DNA of 64,000 bases from an uncultured Bacteroidaceae bacterium. GTDB taxonomy: Bacteria; Bacteroidota; Bacteroidia; Bacteroidales; SM23-62. A model generated the notes under the pieces. The model did no database searches and was not told the origin of the DNA. It saw nothing but the letters and a program-made list of their open reading frames with translations. How positions within the stretch are numbered: position 1 is the first letter of the stretch; every line of letters starts with the position of its first letter. The stretch covers positions 1,355,834-1,419,833 of the forward strand of contig CAVZPP010000002.1 in NCBI GenBank assembly GCA_963777115.1, read 5' to 3'. Positions 51,514-60,287 of this stretch are shown piece by piece. A program made the translations under genes and the position numbers.

Positions 51514-52107
51514 ATGAGAAGGTATATCAGAGTTACATTACTTGGTGGCATTGCAGCTGTCCTACCGCTGGCACTGGTAATTATTGTTTTCCGCTGGATT
51601 TTCAACCTGATTGAGAAGTACCTTGGACCCATCGTTGAAATGTTCATTACCGATTCCAAATTCCTTTCCCTTGCCATCTATGCAATTTTGGTAACGGCTA
51701 TAATAGTCTCCTTCTTCTTCTTGGGTATTATCGTTGAAACAAGGATAGGAAGGTTCTTTACCCATGTACTGGAAAAGAAATACATGATGAAGATACCCGG
51801 TTACCGGATAGCAAGGGAAACGGTAATGCAGTTTTTCGGGAAGAACAAATCCTTTTTTTCGGAAGTGGTACTGGTAGATATTTTCAACTCCGGCGCACTA
51901 ATGACCGGATTTATAACAGATACTCAGAAAGAAATTTTCACGGTATTTGTTCCTACAGGTCCCAATCCCACATCAGGAAATATCTACCATGTCAGAAAGG
52001 ACAAGGTTTACCGGACAACTGCCGCGGTTGACAATGGCATGAGAAGTATTATCAGCTGCGGAGCAGGTTCATCCGAAATCTTTGAAAATATTGTAAAAGA
52101 GAGCTAA
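51514..52107 (+). CDS. DUF502-family membrane protein
   Basis: 197 aa with two N-terminal helices and the conserved VPTGPNPTSGNIY motif. Confidence 0.7.
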   Translation: MRRYIRVTLLGGIAAVLPLALVIIVFRWIFNLIEKYLGPIVEMFITDSKFLSLAIYAILVTAIIVSFFFLGIIVETRIGRFFTHVLEKKYMMKIPGYRIARETVMQFFGKNKSFFSEVVLVDIFNSGALMTGFITDTQKEIFTVFVPTGPNPTSGNIYHVRKDKVYRTTAAVDNGMRSIISCGAGSSEIFENIVKES

Positions 52108-52245
52108 GTCGATTTGGGCTGGATGACAATTAACAATTATCTAACATTCTGGCATGGTAATTGGATTAGAGAAAGAGTTCAGGTGTATTCTCAAAAGCTC
52201 CGCCCTGATTATTGATTATTAGGGTATTAATTAAAACTTAAAATC

Positions 52246-53043
52246 ATGAAAACAACCCTTATTTTAACAGTTATATTTCTTTTTACAGGAAGCCTGTTCA
52301 GCCTGGAGGCACAGGACAGGATCGTCAAACGTGACGGTGAAACCATTGTTTGCAAAGTACTTGAGATTGGATCCAAGGAGATCAAATACAGCCTTGCTGA
52401 GTATGATTTCCAGGTACAATTCAACATTGAGAAATCCCAGGTGGACAGGGTAATCTTTGAAAACGGGAAGGAACTGCACATTGACCATGCAGCAGAAGCT
52501 ATGAAGTCCACCGAATACAATTCCAGAGATCTGTTTCTGGTTCAGAACAAGAATGCCGTGAAGATCAGTTTCCTGGGTCCGGTTTTCGGCACAACCACTT
52601 TCGGATATGAAAGGGCCATCAAGCCGGGGCAGTCCATTGAGGCAGAAATTGGCATTATTGGCCTTGCTTTTAATAACGATTCCAGGGGAAATGGTGCAGG
52701 TGTGGGTTTTTCTGCCGGGTATAAGTTCATACGTAGTCCGGATCATTACCTGGAAGGTATGCGATATGCGCATATCCTTAAGGGAGGCTATGTAAGACCT
52801 GAGATTAACTTCGCCAGCTATGAATTAAGGGATGATAATCTCAGTGTTACCAATTTCGCTGTATTGCTGACTCTTGGTAAACAGTGGATTTATTCGGATG
52901 TATTCCTGGTAGACATTTTTGCTGGATTTGGATATGGTTACACCAATAATGGAGGAATAGACACCACTCCCTATTATTTCATTGTCGGAGAAGATGTTCC
53001 CCTTGCGGGAAAAGCAGGATTCAGGATAGGATTTCTTTTCTGA
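52246..53043 (+). CDS. Hypothetical outer-membrane beta-barrel protein
   Basis: 265 aa with a signal peptide, alternating strand patterns and a C-terminal aromatic signature (...GFRIGFLF). Confidence 0.45.
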   Translation: MKTTLILTVIFLFTGSLFSLEAQDRIVKRDGETIVCKVLEIGSKEIKYSLAEYDFQVQFNIEKSQVDRVIFENGKELHIDHAAEAMKSTEYNSRDLFLVQNKNAVKISFLGPVFGTTTFGYERAIKPGQSIEAEIGIIGLAFNNDSRGNGAGVGFSAGYKFIRSPDHYLEGMRYAHILKGGYVRPEINFASYELRDDNLSVTNFAVLLTLGKQWIYSDVFLVDIFAGFGYGYTNNGGIDTTPYYFIVGEDVPLAGKAGFRIGFLF

Positions 53044-53062
53044 GAAGTAAATAAAGGACAAT

Positions 53063-53101
53063 AAAAAAAGCTCAGCGGTTTGAACCACTGAGCTTTTTTT
53101 A
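53063..53101. terminator. Bidirectional rho-independent terminator
   Basis: AAAAAAAGCTCAGCGG-TTTGAA-CCACTGAGCTTTTTTT: a GC-containing stem flanked by an A-tract and a T-tract. It lies between convergent genes 52246..53043 (+) and 53120..53311 (-). Confidence 0.75.
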
Positions 53102-53119
53102 AATCAATCGGATAATATC

Positions 53120-53311
53120 TTATGCTAACTTAACATCCACTGCATTCAATCCTTTCTTACCTTCTTTAAGCTCGAAAGTTACCTGATCATCTTCCTTGAT
53201 TTCGTCAATTAACCCGGATACATGGGTAAAATACTCATTTTCCGAATCATTATCTTTAATAAAGCCATAACCTTTGGCGTCGTTAAAGAATTTTACACTT
53301 CCATTTTTCAT
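53120..53311 (-). CDS. Cold-shock protein (CspA family)
   Basis: MKNGSVKFFNDAKGYGFIKDNDSENEYFTHVSGL... carries the RNP1 (KGYGFI) and RNP2-like motifs. I chose the internal ATG at 53311 rather than the 83-aa ORF start at 53371. Confidence 0.9.
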   Translation of the reverse strand: MKNGSVKFFNDAKGYGFIKDNDSENEYFTHVSGLIDEIKEDDQVTFELKEGKKGLNAVDVKLA

Positions 53312-53485
53312 TTCAATAGTACTTGATAAATAAATTAATAATTGCGGCAAAGTTAATAGAAACTTTGACAATGTCTATTAAATATTTGTTAAAACCAATT
53401 CTAAGTAATGTGCCGCTTTCGCGGGAAATTATTAATTTAATGCTCCAATAGAAACCATTTCTCAAAATCCGTTTAATCCTACATT

Positions 53486-53791
53486 ATGAAAAATAAATTT
53501 GTTCTGCCAATTGTTCTGATAGTAATTATGATCATGGTCACCGCCTGCTTTGCGGGAGGAAACCCCACTGAAGGAGTGGTTGATGAATTCGGGAATACCG
53601 CAGGCTTCCTCAGGGGGTTGTGGCATGGAGTCATTGCTCCTTTTACCTTTTTTGTCTCTCTTTTTACTGATATTCACTTCTATGAAGTACATAATAACGG
53701 CGGCTGGTATAACTTCGGCTTTGTTATCGGTGCCGGTATCATTTTTAGTGGAAGCGGCAGGGCTTCCAGGATGAAAAAGAAATCTGTCTGA
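53486..53791 (+). CDS. Small hypothetical membrane lipoprotein
   Basis: 101 aa with a signal peptide plus Cys (MVTACFAGG) and two further hydrophobic segments. No family recognised. Confidence 0.4.
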   Translation: MKNKFVLPIVLIVIMIMVTACFAGGNPTEGVVDEFGNTAGFLRGLWHGVIAPFTFFVSLFTDIHFYEVHNNGGWYNFGFVIGAGIIFSGSGRASRMKKKSV

Positions 53792-53850
53792 GCGATTTAC
53801 TCAATCTTAATGTTTAGTTTTTTCCGGATATAATTTGTTGTTTCAAAATA

Positions 53851-53895
53851 AATGATTATAATATAGTCAATTAAATTGATTAGAATATAATCATT
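53851..53895 (+). promoter_or_regulatory. 45-bp near-perfect AT-rich palindrome ending at the base before the DUF763 start codon
   Basis: In AATGATTATAATATAGTCAATT-A-AATTGATTAGAATATAATCATT, pairing position i with its mirror gives 19 Watson-Crick pairs plus one G-T out of 22. The ATG of the DUF763 gene is at 53896-53898. Confidence 0.55.
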
Positions 53896-55128
53896 ATGAT
53901 GAAACGAAGCGGTCTGGCAGACCTTCCACTACATCCGGGAAAAGTACCTCCCTGGCTTTATGAACGAATGACCAAGATGGCCAGGGCCATTACGGAAGCC
54001 ATTATAGCTGACTATGGCAGTGATGAATTGATCAGACGTATCAGTGATCCCTACTGGTTTCAAGCCCTTGGATCTGTTCTTGGAATGGATTGGCATTCCT
54101 CTGGAATTACAACCTCCGTAATGGGAGCATTAAAACAGGCCATTAATCCCATTTCCAAATCATTAGGATTATATGTATGTGGAGGCAGAGGGGCATATTC
54201 CAGGCGTACCCCATTTGAACTACTTGATTATGCAGGACAAACCGGTCTGGACGGAGAATCCCTGGTTCGCTGCAGCAGGCTCTCTGCCAAAATTGATAAT
54301 ACAGCCATTCAGGATGGATTTCAGATATACCTGCATTCCTTTATTGTTTCAGCATCAGGAAACTGGTCGGTCGTGCAACAGGGGATGAACGGTCCCGCAG
54401 GAATGGCCCGCAGGTATCATTGGCATTCCCCGGATTTAAAATCTTTTATGATTGATCCCCATACTTCCATTGTCGGCGATAATATCGGAGAAATACTGAA
54501 CCTGACGGACAGGAAGGCTGGAAAAACCAGGGATGGAATCCTGGCCATAACAAAAGAAAAACCAGTTAAGATGATTGACGAGATACGGCTGATGGTTTTA
54601 CCTTCTCATCATGATGTAAGCTACCGGGATGTGGATCTCAGGAAACTAGGTTCCGTACTGGCTATAGCATATGACCGGAAATTCACTGAATTTGAGGATT
54701 TGTTGCTTTTAGAGGGACTTGGACCAAAGACTCTGAGATCGTTGACTCTGGTTAGCGAGGTGATACATGGCACGCCCTCCAGGTTTAAAGATCCGGCAAG
54801 GTTCTCATTTGCTAATGGAGGCAAAGATGGCCACCCCTTCCCTGTCCAGACCTCAGCTTATGATGAAACCTACCAGTTTTTAAGAACTGCAATTGACCGC
54901 GCAAAGCTTGGAATTCATGACAGGCAAAGAGCGGTCAGAGGACTGGTACCACTTCTGTATAAGCTGGAAAGGAATTTTAAGCCAAACAAAGATCAATTTC
55001 AGAAATACATCGACAAGGAAGTAAGAGAATCCCCAAATTTTGGTGGCATGACGGCAGTATCTGCTAAGAGAGCAAACAAAAAAAAGAGAACAGTGCAAGT
55101 TGAAAATCAACTCAGCCTGTTCTCCTGA
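53896..55128 (+). CDS. DUF763 domain-containing protein
   Basis: 410 aa. The N-terminus ADLPLHPGKVPPWLYERM...SDPYWFQALGSVLGMDWHSSGITTS matches my recollection of the DUF763 family. Confidence 0.65.
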   Translation: MMKRSGLADLPLHPGKVPPWLYERMTKMARAITEAIIADYGSDELIRRISDPYWFQALGSVLGMDWHSSGITTSVMGALKQAINPISKSLGLYVCGGRGAYSRRTPFELLDYAGQTGLDGESLVRCSRLSAKIDNTAIQDGFQIYLHSFIVSASGNWSVVQQGMNGPAGMARRYHWHSPDLKSFMIDPHTSIVGDNIGEILNLTDRKAGKTRDGILAITKEKPVKMIDEIRLMVLPSHHDVSYRDVDLRKLGSVLAIAYDRKFTEFEDLLLLEGLGPKTLRSLTLVSEVIHGTPSRFKDPARFSFANGGKDGHPFPVQTSAYDETYQFLRTAIDRAKLGIHDRQRAVRGLVPLLYKLERNFKPNKDQFQKYIDKEVRESPNFGGMTAVSAKRANKKKRTVQVENQLSLFS

Positions 55129-55151
55129 TTTATTTCTGAATATCTACCTAT

Positions 55152-57655
55152 CTATCTTTTTTTGGGATCAGAGCTTCTTGGCTGAGGACTACTGGACCTG
55201 GAAGGAGAAGCGGAACTTCTGGAACTGCTGCTGGACCTGGAAGTTGATGATGAACTCTTCGGTTGCTGACTCTTCTGATAGTTATAACTGCGCTGGCTTC
55301 CCTGGCTGCGAGCCTGTGATTCCCGATTTAAATTCTGACCTGCTGTACCTTTGTTGGACCTGGATATCTGCGAGCTGCTCCCTGTGCTGCTCCTGGTGGT
55401 GGCCCCTGATTGTGTTGCTGAAGAACGGCTGGTAGAACTGCTCCCTGTGCTGCTCCTGTTTGTCGCTCCGGATTGAGTAGAAGAAGAACGCGAAGTGGAA
55501 GTGCTGGATTCCGTCCTGGTTCTTGTAGCTGGACTCGTAGAGGTACGTTCAGTGGTCCTTGGACTGGAAGTAGCTTCTCTGCTCCTGACGGGCGTGTCAC
55601 TTTTCTTCCATGAACCGTCTTCCCTTGATTGCCAGTTATCACCTTTTTGCCTGTAAACTTTCCCGTTTCTGTCAGTATAAACATTATTCTTTTTATCCGT
55701 GGTGGCAGGCTTGTTATAGGAGGAACGTGATGCTGCTGAACCGGTCCTTGACCCATAGGTAGATGCCCGGGTCCCTGTATGAACTACTCCGCTGCTCCTG
55801 CTCTTATATACATTATGGTTATGGGCCTGGTGGTATCCGGATGAATATCCTGCACCGGTACCCGGAGCGACTGCTGGTATATACCCCGTAGTTGTAGCCA
55901 TGATAATATCCTCTGTGATAAGCACGGCTGTAGCCATGATAATAACCATGCCTGTATCCGTAGCTGTATCCTGCAGGTCCCCACCATGATGTGTAATAAT
56001 ACGGGCTTCTGTGGTACGAATAACCTATCCAGCCATAACTGACACCTACAGAGAAACCCCAACCGGTATATGGATTATAATGTACACCGTAACCATAGGT
56101 AACAGGCCTTGGGTAATAATAGCTCCTGTACCAGGGCTTGTAGTAATACCCTGTCCCATACACCACGGTACCACGATAGGAGTAAGAATATACATAACCG
56201 GGTGTATACCCTACATATACTACCTCAGGTGTATAGTCATAAACATAAACGTACTTGACATTGTATACCGGGTATTCCGGTGGAATGGACTGTACATCAT
56301 CGGGAACTGAAACACAGACCTCCCATGGTCCGGTTGCATTATTGGAGACGAACCATACCGCATTATCTACTGCATAATACCTGTTATCAATCAGAATGAC
56401 CGATTTGTCTGTATTAGTGGCATAAGCCATTTCCGTTCCCTGAATCCTTTCAAATTGTGGATTTCCGTCGTATGTAACCTCCACTTTAGCTGATTTTCTG
56501 TCGATTTCAGCAGTTTGGGGAATCTGGGTTTCCAGTACCGCTTCCCTGGCTTCCTGTGTATTCGGAACCGAAGAACGCACGCTGCCCATTTCTGATTCCG
56601 TATCGATATTGGCAAAATACTCAGGAAGAGCATCCGGATTTACGAAAACCCAGTCATACTGGTCAAAGGATCCTGATTTATACCAGCGTCCTGCAAGCAA
56701 TGCATAGTATTCCTGGCTGTTTATATCCATCAGAACCTCGCTCTCTGTATTTCTAACATATAATAGATCTGTACCCTCAAGAGTTGCAAAATCAGGTTCG
56801 CCGTCAGTTATAATGAGTTCAGCAGGTTCTTTACTGAGTATAACTTTTGGTGGATAATCCAGGGTCCGGGCAATGGAGTCTACATCTGTCTGATAGTCTT
56901 CATTACCGGACTGGATATTCTAGAATGGATTCCGGGGGAGTATCAACATTTCTCCAGGTATTTTCAACCCTGCCTGCCCTGTACCACCAGTCCCCTCCTT
57001 TCAGGTAAAAGAATCCATCAGACTTATTGTACAGAATGAAATAGGGAGTATTCACGACGTACTGTATCTGGGTGTTTTCAATATCTTCCAGTATGGGTTC
57101 CCCGTCAATCAGAACCAGAACCGCTGCTTCATTCTCAATAAACACTTTGGGTGCGAGCATGATTGAGTTTTTCAGTTTGCATGGTCAGTTTGCTCCGTCA
57201 CTTTGAGACTTGTTAACAATCGATCCAGAGAGAATGTAAGATCCATTTCCGGTATACTCGGATTCCAGAAGACTGATCAAAGCAGATTCATCCCCCTCTT
57301 CTGCATCAGGAAACTTAACGGACTCAATATTTATATCATTGAGACTAACAAGCCTGGTATCAAAGTCCGTCTCAAGTTTGCTCGTAAACCACATGGCCCC
57401 AAAAACAAGCTTCTCGCCTTTTCTTTTGACAGAAAGTGCTGCCCTTGCATCGAGTAAATCTCCTTCAAGGGAATTTATCTGAGGCTGGTATATGGATATC
57501 TGGGCCTCATCATTACTAAGTTTTTTCGGCCATTCCGGTTCCTGCTTATCTGCTGCAGCAGTTGCTGCCTGCAGAACTGATCCGGCAAGGATCAGGAATA
57601 TGACTGTTATTGCTTTTAGTGTTTTCATGACTGTAAATTTATTGAAAAACTTCAT
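55152..57655 (-). pseudogene. Large secreted protein with repeated globular modules, a Tyr/Gly-rich segment and a Ser/Thr/Arg-rich tail; interrupted by one in-frame TGA and two frameshifts (or four separate ORFs)
   Basis: Four ORFs read consecutively: 57185..57655 (signal peptide), 56903..57160, 55819..56730 and 55152..55949. The first two are in the same frame, separated by a TGA and 8 sense codons. The module PKVxxxxEPAxLIxxDGEP...YYxLxxGxWY recurs across the breaks: APKVFIENEAAVLVLIDGEP...FYLKGGDWWY and PPKVILSKEPAELIITDGEP...YYALLAGRWY. No family name recognised. Confidence 0.55.
55375..55500. repeat. 63-bp imperfect tandem duplication inside the Ser/Thr/Arg-rich tail
   Basis: CTGCTCCCTGTGCTGCTCCTG starts at both 55375 and 55438. 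On the minus strand this encodes STSRSS(S/A)TQSGAT(N/T)RSSTGSS twice. Confidence 0.7.
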
Positions 57656-57898
57656 TCTGAGGGTATAAAATCCAAATACCGTGCCATGTAATATTTCAAT
57701 TCCAAATGTCTGTTCAGAAAAATCAATATACAGTATATCTCTTCAGAGAGCAGAGAATTATCTAACTTCTCAATGACATAAATTTAAGTTTATTTCATCT
57801 GCTTATTCCCGGGATTGGTCAAAAACCTGTATACCCTGGAGATATTCCTCTCGTATCATTTTTTATTACCCCTGAGTTTTATGATTTTTGAATCTGGA

Positions 57899-58472
57899 AT
57901 GAAAACGTATTATATGCACTGTACAAAAACTCAATTACACATACTATTATTACTTATCCTGGGCAGCTTTTATCTTTCATCCTGTGAAAAGGGTGGTGAA
58001 ATATTTAATGATCCGGTCAATGTATTTGATACAGATTATTATGAAATGGAATTTGTTGTTGAACCACAGGATCGCGTTGGATTTCAAATATTTGCAGAGG
58101 AAACATTTACTGATAATACATCGGAGTTACTCTCGCAAATCGGACTGAACGAAGAGCAGATTGAGGAGGTTATAATTAAGGAAGCTGAAATCAGCTTTGT
58201 TGAGTCAGATAGTAATTTTGACTTTAACATTCTGAAATACATTGAATTGACAGTTTATACTGATGATCTCGGAGAAATGAAGGTTGCCTGGATGAATCCT
58301 GTTCCAGCAGAGCAGCGAAACTCTCAAATTAGATTTGTCGGAAGAAAACATTTATCCTTATTTCAGCGAAAGTAATTTTATGCTTACTTCTCAGGGATTT
58401 CTTAAAAACCGGATCAATGAAAACCTGAAGCTCTTGGTAAAGGTAAAATTCCAGATTAAGGTTAGATTATAG
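57899..58472 (+). pseudogene. Hypothetical lipoprotein, paralog of 58569..59105, frameshifted
   Basis: The likely start is the ATG at 57899 (MKTYYMHCTKTQLHILLLLILGSFYLSSCEKGG). ORF 57815..58375 ends in unrelated residues. The frame that is open from 58296 to the TAG at 58470-58472 encodes ETLKLDLSEENIYPYFSESNFMLTSQGFLKNRINENLKLLVKVKFQIKV. That aligns with IELKLNKDDLSDYMNEDSFIFTATGYLEEKVTEKIDFLSEFRYVM of the paralog. Confidence 0.5.
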
Positions 58473-58568
58473 AACATTTTTTTATTAATATATATTCCCG
58501 AACTTGATAAGTCAAAAATTAGTCGTTAATTTGAATTAAAATACATTAATATCTTAAATTCTTAGGAA

Positions 58569-59105
58569 ATGAAAACTACCCGCATTGTTCTCATATTATT
58601 AGTTTCAGCTGTGCTTTTCGGCACGGCCTGTGATGAACTTCTTTCGAACCTGCTTAAATTTAATTCTCAATGGTACCCGAATGAGTTCAGTATCTACCCT
58701 TCTGACGAGGTTGGTGATGTTCTTTTCATTACTGATGAGATCAGTGCCAATGTCGATTCAGCTTTGGAAGCCAACGGTATAACCCAGGAAAACTTACGAT
58801 CCGTGCGCATGTCTGATGCAAAAGTAACGGTTCTGACTAAAGGATATACCTTTGATCCGGTAACGAAGATTGAACTGTTTATGGACTCACCTAACCTTGG
58901 AAAAACAAAAATCGCCTGGCTGGATACTATTCCACGCGGAGTTACAATGATAGAATTGAAACTTAACAAGGATGATTTGTCTGATTACATGAATGAGGAT
59001 AGTTTCATTTTTACCGCTACAGGATACCTGGAAGAAAAAGTTACTGAAAAGATTGATTTCCTTTCAGAATTCAGGTATGTGATGCAGGGAGGACTCGGAC
59101 AATAA
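58569..59105 (+). CDS. Hypothetical lipoprotein (paralog of 57899..58472)
   Basis: 178 aa with a signal peptide plus Cys (LFGTACDE). Segments shared with the upstream gene include VEPQD/YPSDE, KEAEISF/SDAKVTV, ELTVYTDDLGEMKVAWM and ELFMDSPNLGKTKIAWL. Confidence 0.5.
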   Translation: MKTTRIVLILLVSAVLFGTACDELLSNLLKFNSQWYPNEFSIYPSDEVGDVLFITDEISANVDSALEANGITQENLRSVRMSDAKVTVLTKGYTFDPVTKIELFMDSPNLGKTKIAWLDTIPRGVTMIELKLNKDDLSDYMNEDSFIFTATGYLEEKVTEKIDFLSEFRYVMQGGLGQ

Positions 59106-59132
59106 AGCAAAGAAACATACCAATTATACCAA

Positions 59133-59176
59133 CCCCTACAGTGAATACCAAGAAGGTATTTTCTGCAGGGGTTTTT
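59133..59176 (+). terminator. Rho-independent terminator
   Basis: CCCCTACAGTGAATACC-AAGAA-GGTATTTTCTGCAGGGG followed by TTTTT. It is a long imperfect stem 28 nt after the stop of 58569..59105. Confidence 0.65.
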
Positions 59177-59246
59177 GCTTTACTTGGATATATGTAAATT
59201 CCTTTAGATATTGCATGCCAGAAAAAACCATAATTAATTTATAAAC

Positions 59247-60287
59247 ATGATGAAAAGAGTTATTAATATTTTATACGTTCTCATACTTATTGCTGTTGTT
59301 TCATGCCAGTCAGGAGATAAATCAGCTGAGTCAGGAGAGAAGTACTACCGTCAACTGAAATTCTCTGAAACCCCATACGACCAAATGAGTGGATTGCATG
59401 AGATAACTGCAAATGAAACCAGCGCCATAAACCATTATATGTTCAATTATAATGAAGAGGGACAATTGGTTTCTGTTGAATATAGACGGGGGGATGAATT
59501 GCTTGACGGCTCACAGACCGGGTCATCAAAGATTGTCATCAGGTATGAAGGCAATAAAGAGATACATAATTATTTCGATAAGAATGGTGAACCGAAACAA
59601 TACAGAAAGGTTTTTACATCTGAGTATGAATTGGATGATAATGATGTACGTACGGGACTGAGGTTTTTGGATAAGGAGGGTAATCCTGTAGAAAACAGGA
59701 ATGGAATTGCATGGTATAAATGGGATATTTTGGCGAATGGACAACTGCAGGAAAAAAGGTTCAACCTGGAAGGTGAAGAAACCGTTCTGAATGAATTCTG
59801 TCCCTTCTACGAACTAAGGTTTACATATGATGAGGAAGGATTTGTAACGAATATGGCAAACTACCAGGGTGACAGCATGTATAATTGCACAGTTGAAAAT
59901 TGCGGTGACATCGGGGTTTCCTATTTTGCTTTCGAATACAATGATGCCGGTGACTTAACTCAATTTACAGTTTCCAGTTTAACGGGACAACTCTCCAATC
60001 TTTACTGGGGATGGGCAAAGTTTGAAAATAAGTATGATGAGAACGGGAACGTTCTGGAAAGAGCCATGTATGACCAGGATGATGAACCTCTTGGAGGAAT
60101 GTCCGTTCCTGTTACCCAGATGGTATATGATGAGCATGGATCACTTTTAGAAAGAAGGAATTTAGATCCAGGCAGGAATCTTATGGATCATCCCCGCAAC
60201 GGCATCGCTGCTTCAAAATATGTGTATGATGAACTGGGACATCCAAAGGATACCCTGAATTTTAATGCTCAAATGGTAGAGATTTAA
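59247..60287 (+). CDS. Lipoprotein with degenerate YD-type repeats
   Basis: 346 aa with a signal peptide plus Cys (AVVSCQSG). It has about seven Y-(D/N)-E-x-G-x-(L/V) units: YNEEGQLVS, FDKNGEPKQ, YDEEGFVTN, YNDAGDLTQ, YDENGNVLE, YDEHGSLLE, YDELGHPKD. Its stop overlaps the next start (TAATG at 60285-60289). Confidence 0.45.
   Translation: MMKRVINILYVLILIAVVSCQSGDKSAESGEKYYRQLKFSETPYDQMSGLHEITANETSAINHYMFNYNEEGQLVSVEYRRGDELLDGSQTGSSKIVIRYEGNKEIHNYFDKNGEPKQYRKVFTSEYELDDNDVRTGLRFLDKEGNPVENRNGIAWYKWDILANGQLQEKRFNLEGEETVLNEFCPFYELRFTYDEEGFVTNMANYQGDSMYNCTVENCGDIGVSYFAFEYNDAGDLTQFTVSSLTGQLSNLYWGWAKFENKYDENGNVLERAMYDQDDEPLGGMSVPVTQMVYDEHGSLLERRNLDPGRNLMDHPRNGIAASKYVYDELGHPKDTLNFNAQMVEI

Noticed and set aside
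53400-53440. Small hairpin (CCGC-GAAA-GCGG on the minus strand) upstream of the cold-shock gene
   Set aside because: It has only a 4-bp stem. It sits in the long 5' leader that csp genes commonly have. That is not enough to call a specific regulatory element.
57185-57187. In-frame TGA as a possible selenocysteine or readthrough codon
   Set aside because: The surrounding residues (SDGAN-x-PCKL) do not resemble a redox-active Sec context. I saw no SECIS-like hairpin immediately downstream and no selenoprotein machinery in the window. With 12 other lesions nearby, a simple nonsense change or error is more parsimonious.
57726-57738. 13-nt palindrome ATATACAGTATAT in the divergent promoter region
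   Set aside because: It is short, AT-rich, a single occurrence, and has no second half-site or repeat. It cannot be distinguished from chance.
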